Origin: Ancylonema sp.
Taxonomy: Eukaryota
Assembly (NCBI GenBank): GCA_050230475.1
Contig: JBFLGF010000048.1
Span: forward strand, 1 to 64,000
DNA length: 64,000 nt
Direction: 5' to 3'
Numbering within the stretch: position 1 is the first letter of the stretch; every line of letters begins with the position of its first letter. Positions 39,782 to 52,943 of this stretch are shown piece after piece. The notes under the pieces are model-generated. The model was not told the DNA's origin. It saw nothing but the letters and a program-made list of their open reading frames with translations, and ran no database searches. The translations under genes were made by a program, and so were the position numbers.

Positions 39782-40549
39782 TCACAACACCCACTTCATA
39801 CACGGATGCATGAAGCTTACCATGTGTTCCTCACAAATCCAGTGGCCAACAAGGACCTCCGCTAGAGCGGTTGGGAAACACCACGTGTAAAAACCGCGGT
39901 GGCAGGTGTCGCACAACAACATCACCGCTTTGTCCTTCCAGGACCCGCACACCTGGCAATGTACCGCATTGGTGCGCACGTACTTCTCCGGATAGATCCG
40001 AGTGTCCGGCACAGGAGTGGAGCAGGGGGCAAGTTTAGCCACTTGATGAGTGATGGTCTGACCGTCAGACCCCTGCAAGACCGCCACCCCACTGCATCGG
40101 AGAGCCACAACCCTCAGAATGTGGGGCCGCACTAGCACCCCTAGGGTGTTGGTCACCTTCTTCTTGAACATGACGAAGTCACCCACGGAGAATGTGGTCT
40201 TCGGACGGATGTATCCGCCACCTCGCACGTGCTGAGAGCGATTGCGGTCTCGTTGTTGGGCGATGGCGAGGTTGCGCATGGCCAGGGGCATGACCTCTTG
40301 TAGCACCGCCCCTTGGTGTGCGAGTTGTGTCCGTAACTTTTGTATGCCCCCGGCCTAGAGGTCTATCTCTTCCACCTCCAAGTGTTGGATTTGGGCTAGG
40401 AAAAGGGGTTCCCTCCCATACAACATGAAGTTGAAGTATGAAGTACCTTTTGCTTTCTCATGCGATATCCCATCGCCACGTAGGGGAGTAGGTTGTCCAA
40501 CTACTAGCCGTAGCCCCCATCTAGCAGACAACGGCGAAGTCCTTGTTTA
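39782..40549 (-). mobile_element. Gypsy integrase C-terminus with PHD finger
   Basis: HCQVCGSWKDKAVMLLCDTCHRGFYTWC.P..L.EV..GHWICEEH, a PHD-type Cys/His pattern with conserved W. Confidence 0.88.
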
Positions 40550-43500
40550 TGTAGAGTAAGGCAATCAATAATAGCCTTAAAACTAGGTTTGAACAATTTA
40601 GGTTACATTTTGTTATAAGAGAAGTTATTTAGCTCGTTATAAAGCGACCAGTTATTCAGGTATTCGTTATAGTGAATTTCGGTCAAGTTTGACCGACCGG
40701 GCGCATATTTGGTTTAGAACAGACATTGACTGTTACGAAAAGAGACGTTTGACCACGGCGGTTGAACGTGACAGTTGAACGTTTTGGGCGTGTGTGGGCG
40801 CGTATGTCAGTGTGCCGTCAATAGTCGTCAAAGCTTTTACAGTTTGATACTTGTATGCGTCCGCACATGATTAAAGATAATTCATTCTGTGCACGTCGTT
40901 GTTATCGTGTATCATTTTGAATGTTTTCATGTCAGCAGTAAAGCTGCAAAGAACAGTTCGGGGTTGACCCGGATCTGGTTCAGAGAAGAATATATCAGTC
41001 CAGATGGCTGAATATTCTACAATAGGTATCAGAGCGAATGGTGACCTGGATGGTTATCAAAGGCCAAGACTCGTCCTGAAGGACGGGAACTATCGTTGGT
41101 GTTCTACGGTGATCGAGCAGTCGCTACGAGAGAAGAAAGTCTGGGGTCACGTCCAAGGGACTGTGGCAGTACCTGGACCTATTCTAGTACTCGGAGCCGG
41201 CCGCGACACCTGCCATTCCTGCAGTAGCAGCAATCCCTTTGCCGCAATGGGCGTCGCGCCCGTTGCCGCCATTCCAGCCGTCGTCGAATCTGGGCGTTAC
41301 ACAAGTACAAGTGGACGCCTCCCGAGTGTGGCTTTTGAGCAGTACTCTGTCAATGAGGCTAAGGCCAACTCAATGATTCTTCTTACCCTTGAGCAAAAGG
41401 ATGTGCTTACATTGCTTGCATTTCCTAGTGCCCGGAAAGTGGACAAAACTTTCTGCAGACCATGTTTCAATCACTCAGTCAAGAGCAATCAATGCTCATC
41501 AGAAATTTCAGTCATTTGCATTTATTGCTGGAGAGCATGTGTATCAGATCAGACAACGTTTTGACGGTCTGGTTACTGAGTGTATTCTGCAAGGTATCGT
41601 CCTGACGGAGAACCAGAAATCAACGGTGCTATTGACGCACCCTAGCGAGCGATGGCGACTTACCATCGACATCTCTATGCAAGTCCCTCTTCCTACGACT
41701 GCAGCGATTTTCGTTTCGAGCAAATGATCATCCTCCTCAACGAGAAGTGGGAAGCCAGAGATGACAAGGAGCACACGGAGGCTAATATGGCGGACTACCG
41801 TCGTCAGAGCCAGAAGAACCGTGGGGAGCAGTACAACTCGAAGCAGCTGACAACAAAAGGAGGTCTTCAGCCCGGAGCTGCAAATCCCTGTTTCTGCTGC
41901 GGAAGCAGCCAACATCTCTTCAAGGACTGCAACAAGAAGGGTCTGAGCAACACTTGCAGGAAAAGACATCTGGCCCACATGTGCAACAAAGGAGGCGCGT
42001 CATCAACAGCATACGTGCAAAAGGCGTCTACCTTCAACTCTTCAGTGATCGAGGGCAAGCCAAAGAAAGTTGACTTTTCCCGTGGGACAAAGAAATCATC
42101 AGCTCTTAAGAATGCCAATGAAGGAATGACAGCTGAGATTATCGATGCCAATACTGGAGATGTTTCAATTTATGAGAGCAATGAGTGGTTGGCTGATTTT
42201 GGTGCAAGTAGGCACATTTGTAATGACATTCGCATGCTGTGGAATGTCGGCAGTTAGATAAGCCGGTGATTGTGAGGCAGCTTGTCGGAGAAGTAGAAGT
42301 CACAACATGTGGTACTGTCAAAAATTGAGTGTGAAAATGAGCTTGGAATTGAGGTGCAGATCGATCTATATGATGCACTTTTAGTTCCTGATCTCCGAGT
42401 AAATTTGTTCAGCTTACAGAAAATGAGGCACGCATGTGTGAGGCTAGAGTATCCAAAAGAGTTAGTTAGGTACAGATTGGATGCTCAATAAGTCAGGGGA
42501 ATACATAGGTAGTCTAGATGAGAGTACTGTCGGACGACCAACCCTGAACTGCCGTACACTTCTTAGCGAACAAGATGACTACCCTCTTCCTTCTCTTCCT
42601 GTGGTGAATTCAGGTCCAGGTGCTGCTGCTGCCGTCGTGGAGCCCGGTACCGCCTCTGCTGTGTTGCCACAGGGGGCTCACCAGTTGTCGTACCCGCTCC
42701 CTCCGTTGTTCTATCAACAGAGACCGCAGCAGCCCCATCTGGACAGTGAGGAGGCCCACCCGGCGATATCCATCCGATTCTTCTGCATCGTCGCACCGGT
42801 CACACCGCCATGACTACCTTGAAGCGGCTCACCGGTTGGCAACACCTTGTTCGTGGCTTAGAAGGAGGCACAACCGGCACTTTGGGTGTATGCCGAGGCT
42901 GCATGCTAGGCAAACCATTGGCCAAGCCGCATCGACCGACCGACCCCACAATCAGGGCCGGCCAACCTCTCGAACTCGTACATGCTGATTTGGCGGGGCC
43001 AATCAAGCCAGCCTCGTGGGGAGGCGCTCGCTACTTGTTCGTGCTCACCGACGACTATTCTCGAAAATGTTGGGTAATTCTCCTTACTTTGAAATCCCAG
43101 ACCGAGAACAGGATCAAGCAATGGGTTGCCAAAGTCGAGCGTGAGTGCGGAATGTCCTTGGGTCGACTAAGGACTGACAACGGTGGCGAGTTCACGAAGC
43201 AAACTTTGAAGGAGTGGTTGTCAACAAGGGGGGTCACTCAAGAATTTACCCCTCCTCGATCGCCACAAAGCAACGGTGTAGCCGAACAATGAATCGCACC
43301 CTACAAGATAAGGCCCGATCGATGATGGTGCAGTCCGGTTTGAAAGGAGGGAGCTGGGAAGAAGTATTTTTGGCAGCATGCTATCTGCGCAACCGAGGCC
43401 CTGTCTCCTTCTAACTTCTAACCCCTCAAGAGCTGTGGACCGGGAAGAAACCCACAGTGGCGCATCTCCGATCTTTCGGGTGCAAAGTTTTCAGCCCTAT

Positions 43501-46030
43501 TCGACAAGGGGATGAGAGGGGCAAATGGGTGAGGTGAGGAAAGAGGGGGTGCTAGTGGGGTACTCGGATGAAAGTCCCTCCTATCGAGTATGGGATCCAG
43601 TAAAGGGGAGGTGCTAAATGTTGGAGGGGCTGACTTCGATGAGGAGTGGAGCCGGGGTGGTGGAGAAAAGGGCGAGGTGGGGGCGACACTCAAAGAGGAG
43701 GAGCCAGTGGAGTTCCCTGATTTGGCCATTGTTGGAGCCGATAGCGACTCCCTTCCCCCTCCTCCTCCCCCTCCCCCTCCCCCTCCTCCTCCTCCTTCCT
43801 CTCCCCGAGCAGATGATGGAGAAGAAGAAATCCCAGAACTATTGGAGGACGACTCCAGATAACGAGGGGGACGAAGATGACATCCTCCTCCACCCCGAAG
43901 AAGTTCAAGGACCAATCGGGGAGTGCCGCCTCTCCGCTACTCGACGACGTGTTTGAGGCAGCCGTCGATCTTATTTGTCCACATCGACAGTGGAGGAGGC
44001 ACTGGGTGGCGATCAGGCGGAAAAGTGGGCAGAAGCCATGGACAGTGAGCTTGAGTCGCTCTGGAAGAATGGGGTATATGTGGAGGTGGCGAGGCCTATC
44101 GGCAAGAAAGTCATAGGCAGCAAGTGGGTGTGCTCCGAATTAAAACAAACTCAGCCGGAAAGGTCGACAAGTACAAGGCCAGGGTGGTCGCAAAGGGGTA
44201 CCGGCAGATGGAGGGTTGACTACTATGAGACATTCGCCCCCACCGTCCGGTTTGAGAGCCGGAGAAGTCTGATCGCTTTTGGGGTAGCAGAAGGTTGGAA
44301 CTTTGATCAAATGGATGTGTCGACAGCATTTCTCTATGCTGATCTTGAGGAGGAAACATTTGTGGAGGTGCCAGAGGGAGTATCAGGTGTGGAAGGCATG
44401 GTGTGGAGGCTCCTAAAATGTTTGTATGGTCTGAAACAGAGTCCACGAATGTGGAATCGACTATCGACAAAGTCTTGAGTGGAGATAGGATTTGTTCGAC
44501 TCAAGACAGACCATGGGGTGTACGTTTTCGGGGTGGGGGATGGGAGAGTTTTTATCGCCCTGTATGTGGATGACCTCCTGATGGTGTGGAAAAGGAGGGA
44601 GGTGCTGGAGATGGTGAAGAGAAGGCTTCATGAGAAGTTTGAGATGAAGGATCTCGGGGTCGCAACTTTTCTCTTAGGGATAGAGTTAAGGAGGCATGAG
44701 GGGGGTGATCTCTTCTTGGTGCAGCAAAAGTATGCTCTTGAGGTGGTCGACAAGTTTGGCATGGGGGATAGCAAGCCAGCATCGACCCATTCGAGCGGGA
44801 TGCATTTTGGGGGTAGAGGGATGCCCACAGAATGAGGAGGAGAGGGCTGCAATGGAGGTAATTCCCTATAGGTCCTTGGTGGAGCCTAATGTATCTGGCG
44901 TCTGCACTCGACCTGATCTAGCCATGGGAGTTTCGACACTCAGCCGTTTTCCAGGATCTAGGAATGCTACATTGGGAGGCAGCCAAGAGGTGCTAAGATA
45001 TGTCAAGGGTAGTGCTGGGGATGGGCTGCTTTATGGCAAGGGAGAAGAAGTGGGGCTATGGGGATATAGCGATGCAAGTTATGGTAATGATCCAGAGACC
45101 AAGAGGGGGAGATCTGGCTTTATCATGATGAGTGGTGGTGCTGCAATTAGTTGGGGTAGCAAGCTTCAGGAGGTGGTGGCTTTAAGAGTAGCACAGAAGT
45201 TGAGTATATGGCACTCACCCATGCAGCCCAAGAGGCATTGTACTTACATCAGTTGCAAATGGAGATGGGAGTAGATCATGAGGGGAAAGGAAAATTCTCT
45301 TGTTGTGTGACAATCAGTCTAGCATGAAGATAGCTCAGAATCCTGTCTTCCATAAACGCAGCAAGCACATTTTATTCGGTATCACTTCATCCGGGAGAAG
45401 GTGGAAAGTGGGGAGATTGAACTTCAATTTGTTGAGGACAAAGGAGATGGCAGCCGACCAGCTTACAAAGAATGTGGGAGTACAAGTGTTGGTGGCTGGC
45501 AAGGAGTTGATGGGCATGATTAGTGGCTAGAGGGAAAGCCATTAGTGATTGAGAGGGGGATTGTGGCAATCAATAATAGCCTTAGAACTAGGTTCGTACT
45601 ATGAACAAGTTAGGTTACATTTTGTTATAAGAGAAGTTATTCAGCTCGTTATAAAGCGAACAGATATTCAGGTATTCGTAATAGTGAATTTCGGTTTGAC
45701 CAACCGGGCGCATATTTGGTTTAACAGACATTGACTTTTATGAAAAGAGACGTTTGACCACGGCGGTTCGTGACAGTCGAACGTTTTGGGCGTGTTTGGG
45801 CGCTATCTCAGTGTGCCGTCAATAGTTGTCAACAGAGCTTTAACAGTTTGATACTTGTATGCGGCCGCACATGATTAAAGACAATTCATTCTGTGCACGT
45901 CGTTGTTATCGTGTATCATTTTGTGAATGTTTTCATGTCAGAGCAGAAGTAAGGCTGCAAAGAACAGTTCGGGGTTGACCCGGATCTGGTTCAGAGAAGA
46001 ATTTCAGTCCAGATGGCTGAATATTCTACA
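40550..46030 (+). mobile_element. Full-length but frameshifted Ty1/copia element (family E); LTRs 40550-41021 and 45562-46030
   Basis: TG...CA LTRs, PBS AGGTATCAGAGC (tRNA-iMet type), gag with CFCCG..H...C knuckle, protease, integrase, RT, RNase H, PPT GAGAGGGGGA; TTTA duplicated at the ends relative to the empty site at ~16755. Confidence 0.96.
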
Positions 46031-47710
46031 TTTAAGTGTATGCACCGTCCGCTTGAGGGTGCTCTCGAGATGCCACCCGATGGGTTGGAGAGGAGAGTCT
46101 AGATATCCCCAAGCCTTGTCTTTCTCGGCTAGGGGGATCTGATGGTACCCTTGTCTCAAGTCCAGCTTATTGAATTTTTTTGCTCCCTACATGTCCCTAA
46201 ATATATCGTCGATGCGGGGGAGAGGGTATCGGTCCAGCGGGGATGGGACAATAATCACCACAGTGTCTGTAGTCGGTATACTCACCAGCCTCGTCCTTCT
46301 TTCTCACCACCACTGTCGCTGGCGCGTACTTGCTTTGTTGCGAAGGTCTCATCATCCCCAACGCCTCCAACTCCACACAATGTTTCCCCGAAAATCCCCA
46401 TTCCGCCGCACTCAACCGATGGGTTGGCGTGAAAACTGCCTTCTTCGTGTCCACCTCTATCTCCATAGGCTCCCCCTTGTACTCCCCCAACTCCTTCACT
46501 GAGAAATCAAACTCACCCCGATTCGCCTCCAACACTCCCACCAACTCATCTTTCCCCGTAGCGGTTAGGTGTGCCCCCAACTTCCACTTGTACGTTTCTC
46601 CCAGCAGCGGCAATGGCCTAACCCTAGGCAGCGCGCTTGGCTAGAAGGGCATCCCTTCCCGTGCCTCTTGATCTTCTCTCAGCTCCTCCATTGCTAACAC
46701 TGCCTCTACGTGGCCCCTCGACTGCTCCAACTTTACCTTCTCCATCCAAGTGCTTTGAAAGAGTCCCAATTCCTCTGGATTGTAATAAAATTCGACCGTC
46801 TCCTCCACGAAGTGCATTGCCTCAAACTCCTCCCGTACCCCCCCAATATTCCGCTTCCCCAGTCTTCTACCCACAAACCAACGTTTTGGGGTGGGGTGCG
46901 GTCCCTATGGAAGGTTGACGGCCACCATGCCTCCCAAGCATGCCATCATGTGACGGTCCATACTCCTCCTGACCAGCTCGCACCTATCTCCGTGTCAGAC
47001 ACTACAAACTCGGCCGTGCAAATGCCCGGGGCCACTATGGGTGGCGCCCGACCGGGATTGGATCATAGCCGTTCGCCCTAGTTATTTAAATATTTGCAAT
47101 TGCGCCCGATTTAAATTTTTGGCACGTGCGGGGGTGTGGCGCAATCGAATGCCAACTTGGAAGTTGAGGATATTTCCACAGAGACCAATTCACCTCACGT
47201 GCCGTGAACGCGATGCGCTTGCACTCGCAAGACGACAAGACGTCCGCCCAAACCGCCGCAACAACCGGAGCAGCTAAGGCCGGAAGACCCTAGGAATTTT
47301 TGCTTGCTCAATACAAGGAGTTGAGGGGCGTGCACAGGATCGTTAAGGAGGTGCTAAAAGGGCGCAGCCGTTAAGCTAGGCGCAAGAGCGCGGAATGCAT
47401 CACACCCAAAGCTTTGTAGTGCAGATGTGCGTAGGCAAGATGTAAGGTAGGCCCCCTTTCAACTAGTGTGTCAAGGGTGTCCAGCTCAGTGGGTCCACAC
47501 CCTTATTTTTGAGCAGCCGCCAAGAATGCTCCAAACCAGCGCATGGTTTTGGCCATTTGAAGCGCGCCCCAAACGAATGCTTTTTTGGGCCTCTGCGACT
47601 TCGGCTATATTTGTGTCGCCCTCACGGTAGCCCACCTACATTTCCTTCACTCCAACGGCAAGCTCCTCCCACCGATTGCAGACGACGTTGAACACTCGGC
47701 CTTCCCGTGG
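46031..47710 (-). mobile_element. Continuation of the duplicated gypsy fragment (RT N-terminus, putative DNMT C-terminus, non-coding stretch)
   Basis: Near-identical to 16755-18458. Confidence 0.9.
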
Positions 47711-49746
47711 TGTAAGGCAGCTCCTAAGCATGATTGCCTTGCTTATAATAAGCACAATTACACACTTCCCAGAATTCAAGAATAGGAAGAGAACTATGTG
47801 CAAAAGACATGAATTGATAAGAGCACTTGAGAGGACACCTCTCAAGTGCTCAAGTACAAAAGAGAGTCACTAAGTGACAGAAAGCGCGAACACACTAAAT
47901 GACAAAAGGGTAGGAGTCCGAGAAACTGGAGAGTGAACATATGTGACTATGGTTAGCTAACTGAAGTTGGGAACACTCGCTAGCGGAACTAATGCTAGAG
48001 AGTGGATCCTAACAGGATCCCCCATCAAAAGAAGGCCACGTGTCTGCTAGGCCGAGACGGATTTTTTTTATGAAAATCAGCGACCGCATCTTTGGTATTG
48101 TGCAGTGCACCTGCCGGCTCCCAAGTGCGATCAGATGCATCGTAGCCGACCCAATCCACCAGATACTCCAACTTGCGGCGCCGAACTCGCGAATCCAGAA
48201 TTGAGTGGACCTCAAACTTAGGGACACCATCCACTTGTAAGGGTGGAGGAGGGGCCACGATTCTCCCCGGGAAAGTGTTGGGAACATGTGGTTCCAAGAG
48301 ACTCACATGAAAGACTGGGTGGATTCGAACGGTGGAAGGCAACTGCAAGCGATAAGCTGAGGAGCCGACTTGGCCAATGACAGGATAGGGACCGAGTCGA
48401 CGAACATCTAGTTTCGACGAGGATCGGGTTGTGGTGATGTGGCGCCTCAACAACCATACTTGTTGACCCACGACGAAGAGTGGAGCCGGCCGGCGTTTCC
48501 GATTGGCCGAAACCTCAATGGCTTTGCGGGATTTGAGGAGTTCCCGTTGCAAAATATCTTGGGCCTCCCGAAGTTGCGCGACATAGGAATCGGCAGCACG
48601 GGTGCGGGAGGCTGGGGCTCGGGGGAGCAGGGACACCCGGGGATGGAAACCGTAGTTGGCAAAGAATGGGGAGATTGTTGTGGCAGAGGGAGGAGGCTCG
48701 CCCAGTCGGACTGTTGGTAGTGAGTATAGATTCGCAAGTACTGCTCCAGCACCGAATTCAACCGCTCCGTCTGCCCGTCCGTCTGGGGATGGAAAGCTGT
48801 AGAGCGGTTGGCCTGAATGCCACACAGCTCCAAGATAAGTCGCCAAAAATATGATGTGAACACCGGATCTCGATCGCTCACAAGGGTGTCAGGAAGACCA
48901 TGAGCCCGAACCACATGCTGGAGGAAAAGTGAAGCTACGTCCAGAGCTGCCATGGATTTTGTCGTAAGGATAAAGTGGGCCGCCTTAGACAGTCGGTCGA
49001 CGACCACGAAGATAGCATCATGGTAGTGGCTGGGAGGAAGATCAGTGATCCAATCCAGGGACACGCTGCTCCAGGGCCTAAAAGGGATAAGAAGGGGGGA
49101 CAGGAGACCGTAGGGAGCAAGTCGCACCACTTTATTTCGTGCACATGTGTCACAACTGCCCACGTATTTAGCAACCGCCCCAGCGATTCCCGGCCATGTG
49201 TAGTACTGCGCTAGCAGCGCCTGGGTCCTCGCCACCCTATAGTGCCCCGCCAACGGGCTGTCATGATATTGATGTAGGAGTTTAAAGACTAGGGTCCTGG
49301 AAGTGGGGGGGATGCAGAGCTTGCCCTGACTATACAGCAGGCCCCCCCTAACCACATACTGACCCCATGAACTGCCCAATGGGCTGCTTGCTGGCAGTGC
49401 GGGGTTTGACTCCTTGCCAACTCCTCCCAAAACGATGAGGTGAGGGGTGTGGAATAGATAGGGAGCTGTGGATGGGGGCGGGAAGATGGGGAGGGAGGGG
49501 AGGGGAGGGGGTCCGAGGTTTGGCCGCCGCAACAAAGCATCAGGTTTACCATTGCTCGCACCTTTCTTGTAGGTGATAGTGTAGTGGTAGGCAGCTAAGG
49601 TGGCTGCCCACCGAGCATGTCGCCAGGAGGTAGTCCTGGCTCTCGAGAAATACTCCAGGTTTTTATGGTCCGTGTAGACTTGAGTAGGGTGTGTCGCTTC
49701 CTCCAAGTACACCCTCCAGTGTTTGAACGCTGCCACCACCGCGAGT

Positions 49747-52700
49747 TGTAAAGAGTCAAGCTTGGTCAAGGATGGAATGGGGAAAGTAATCAATATAGGA
49801 AGCAAGAATTACATGAGTTGATAGGAACGAGAGGAACTACGTTCCTATCGAGCATAAGTACTAGGAGATAGAATAGATAGGAACGGGAAGTAGGCCGACG
49901 AACGGTAATGTCTAATGAACGGGAATAAACGGGAATACGCACTAAACACGCACTAGACACGCACTAAGCACTAAACACGCACTAGGGGAAATAGGGGCGC
50001 ACTAGGGGCAATAGGTAGGGGCGCACTAGGGCAATAGGAACGCACTAGGGGCAATAGGAACGCACTAGAGGATAGGGACACGAACTAGAGGAGCACTAGT
50101 GACAAAAGGGAGGGGTCCTAACAGTACCCCCGTTAAAAGAGTAAAGAAGATCACGGGGAACGAGGCGTATCGGGGTACGTAGCATGAAAGTTGGAAATTG
50201 CCACCGAGTCATTTAAAAGATTTGGTTGGAGGGGTTCGACGCAACGGCTGGGAGGGAAAATATGGCGGCTGGGGCGGGCAAGACGGCGGAAAGGGATTTG
50301 GGTTTTGGAGTGTTCGGAAAAAACTTGTGGTGCGCCATTGGATCCCGGGGAACGGCCACCGAAAGGCGAACGTTTGGAGAAGGCTGCGAAACGAATCTGT
50401 GAACGCAGTGCTAGCGGAGGAAGACTCTTTGATGTGAGTCGTGACGCCAGGAAGCGTTGACGATGGAGCTTCCTGGTTGGCGACGCTACGAGGAGGGGAG
50501 AGGACAGGCAACAAAAGGTAAGGACGAGTGTGAATAATCGCGCGCATGATTACAAAGGAACTCTGCGGGATGCCAACAGCATAAGCTGTGTGACCGGGGT
50601 TCGACTCCTCCCCGGGGGGTAAAACAGTGAAAAAGAATGTAAGCAAGGAAACGAAAAGGTACACAGAATTGAACTGCATTGAAGTGGGTTTGGTTTGTGC
50701 TGGATACGACAGCAGAGAGAAGAGGGTTTATTTTCAGGGCAAGGAGACGAGCGAGGGAGCTCGTCCGGTAGTGGAAAATGGACGGCTTGGCATGACGGCG
50801 GGACTGGGGTTTCTTTTTGGTGGGGAAGGTGATGGAACGGGGGGCGGCATGGGCGAGACCCAGCTGCTAGAGGGGAGGAGAAGAAGGGATTGGGACCAAA
50901 TGTGGTTCTCGTTCTGATTCAAGTTCGGATTTTGGTCTTGTTTTTTGCAGCGGGTTTTGGTTCTCGTTCCGAGTCAAGTTCTGGTTCCGGTTCTGAAGTG
51001 GTTCTGGTTTTGGTCTTGGTTTTGCAGCTTGTTGTGGTTCTGGTTCCGATTCAGGTTCTGGTTCCGATTCAGGGTCTAGGACTGGTTGCAAGACTAGAGC
51101 TCAAGGCGCGATCTGAGGTGAGACTGGAGTTGGAGCTGGATCTGGGTCTGGGACTAGGGATGGGTTTGGACTGGTTGAAGGACTGCAGCTCAGGGCGGGA
51201 CCTGAGCTGAGACTGGAGCTGGAGCTGGATCTGGGTCTGGGACTGGGGATGGGTTGGGACGGGTTGTAGGATTGGAGCTCAGGGCGGGACCTGAGGTGAG
51301 ACTGGAGGTGGAGCTAGATCTGGGACAAGGGATGGGCTGGGACTGGTTGCAAGACTAGAGCTCAAGGCGCGACCTGAGGTGAGACTGGAGTTGGAGCTGG
51401 ATCTGGGTCTGGGACTAGGGATGGGTTTGGACTGGTTGCAGGACTGCAGCTCAGGGCGGGACCTGAGCTGAGACAAGAGCTGGAGCTCGATCTCGGTCTA
51501 GAACTAAGGATGGGTTTGGGGATGGTTGCAGGATTGGAGCTCAGGGCGGGACCTGAGCTAAGACTGGAGCTGGAGCTCGATCTCGGTCTCGGACTGGGGA
51601 TGGGTTGGGATTGGTTGTAGGATTGGAGCTCAGGGCGGGACCTGAGGTGAGACTGGAGCTGGAGCTGGATCTGGGACTACGGATGGGCTGGGACTGGTTG
51701 CAAGAGTTTAGCTCAGGGCGGGACCTGAGCGGAGACTAGAGCTGGAGCTGGATCTGGGTCTGGGACTAGGAATGGGTTTGGACTGGTTGCAGGACTGGAG
51801 CTCAGGGCGGGACCTGAGCTGAGATTGGAGCTGGAGCTGGATCTGGGTCTCAGACTGGGGATGGGTTTGGACTGGTTGCAGGACTGGAGTTGGGGCGGGA
51901 CCTGAGCTGAGACTGGAGCTGGAGCTGGATCTGGGTCTCGGACTGGGGATGGGTTTGGACTGGTTGCAGGACTGGAGTCAGGGCGGGACCTGAGCTGAGA
52001 CTGGAGCTGGAGATAGATCTGGGTCTGGGACTGGGGATGGTTTGGGACTGGTTGTAGGATTGGAGCTCACGGCGGGACCTGCGCTCGGAGTGGAGCTGGA
52101 GCTGGATCTGGGTCTCGGACTGGGGATGGGTTGGGACTGATTGCAGGATTGGAGCTCAGGGCGGGACCTAAGCTAAAATTGTTGGTGGACAGAAGAATGT
52201 CGTGTAGAGAATAGTAGGAAGTAGAGAAGAAGAGTTTGCATGAGGGGTAAGAACAGAATGTGTAGAGAAGAGTAGGAAAGTAGCATAGTTTTATTTTTAT
52301 TTTCGGTGTATATTTGTTGTCCATAAAGTATTGAATGATTGCAATAAATCGCCAGCCTCTATGTGTATGTGAATTTTGAATGATGCGATGAAAACTTTGA
52401 AAAACACTGAGAATGGAGACGGAACTCCAAAATAACTAATAATGAATATTGGAAATGATGATGAAAATGATGATGGAAATGATGATGATGGAGAAATGAT
52501 GATGGAAATGGATGGATGAAGGCGGGGCTCCCAGAATTTGGGAGCCCCACCATTTTTTTTCCTATCAAAGTGTAAAGAGTCAATCTTGGTGAAGGATGAA
52601 TGGGGAAAGTAATCAATATAGGAAGCAAGAATTACATGAGTTGATAGGAACGAGAGGAAGTACGTTCCTATCGAGCATAAGTGCTAAGAGGTAGAATAGG

Positions 52701-52943
52701 TAGGAACGGAAAGTAGGCCGACGAACGGTAATGTCTAATGAACGGGAATAAACCGGAATACGCACTAAACACGCACTAGACACGCACTAGAGCACTAAAC
52801 ACGCACTAGGGGAAATAGGGGCGCACTAGGGGCAATAGGGGCGCACTAGGGCAATAGGAACGCACTAGGGGCAATAGGAACGCACTAGAGGATAGGGACA
52901 CGAACTAGAGGAGCACTAGTGACAAAAGGGAGTGGTCCTAACA
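49747..52943 (-). mobile_element. Non-autonomous LTR retroelement (family D), 3.2 kb; LTRs 49747-50123 and 52571-52943
   Basis: TG...CA LTRs differing by about ten substitutions and a few indels, TSD CGAGT/CGAGC, PBS-position CTTTGATAGGAA, PPT ACGGGGGTAC, no recognisable gag/pol. Confidence 0.92.
51070..52175. repeat. Tandem array of ~12.5 units of 83-90 bp (mode 89), built from GGAGCT/GGATCT/GGGACT-like hexamers
   Basis: Unit starts at 51122, 51211, 51300, 51383, 51472, 51562, 51651, 51734, 51823, 51911, 51999, 52088. Confidence 0.95.

Noticed and set aside
50209..50679. 156-aa ORF inside element D as a cargo gene
   Set aside because: No recognisable domain; only a faint PGH..A hint of a decayed gag knuckle
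51070..52175. CRISPR array
   Set aside because: Units are similar along their whole length with no unique spacers; no cas genes; eukaryotic context
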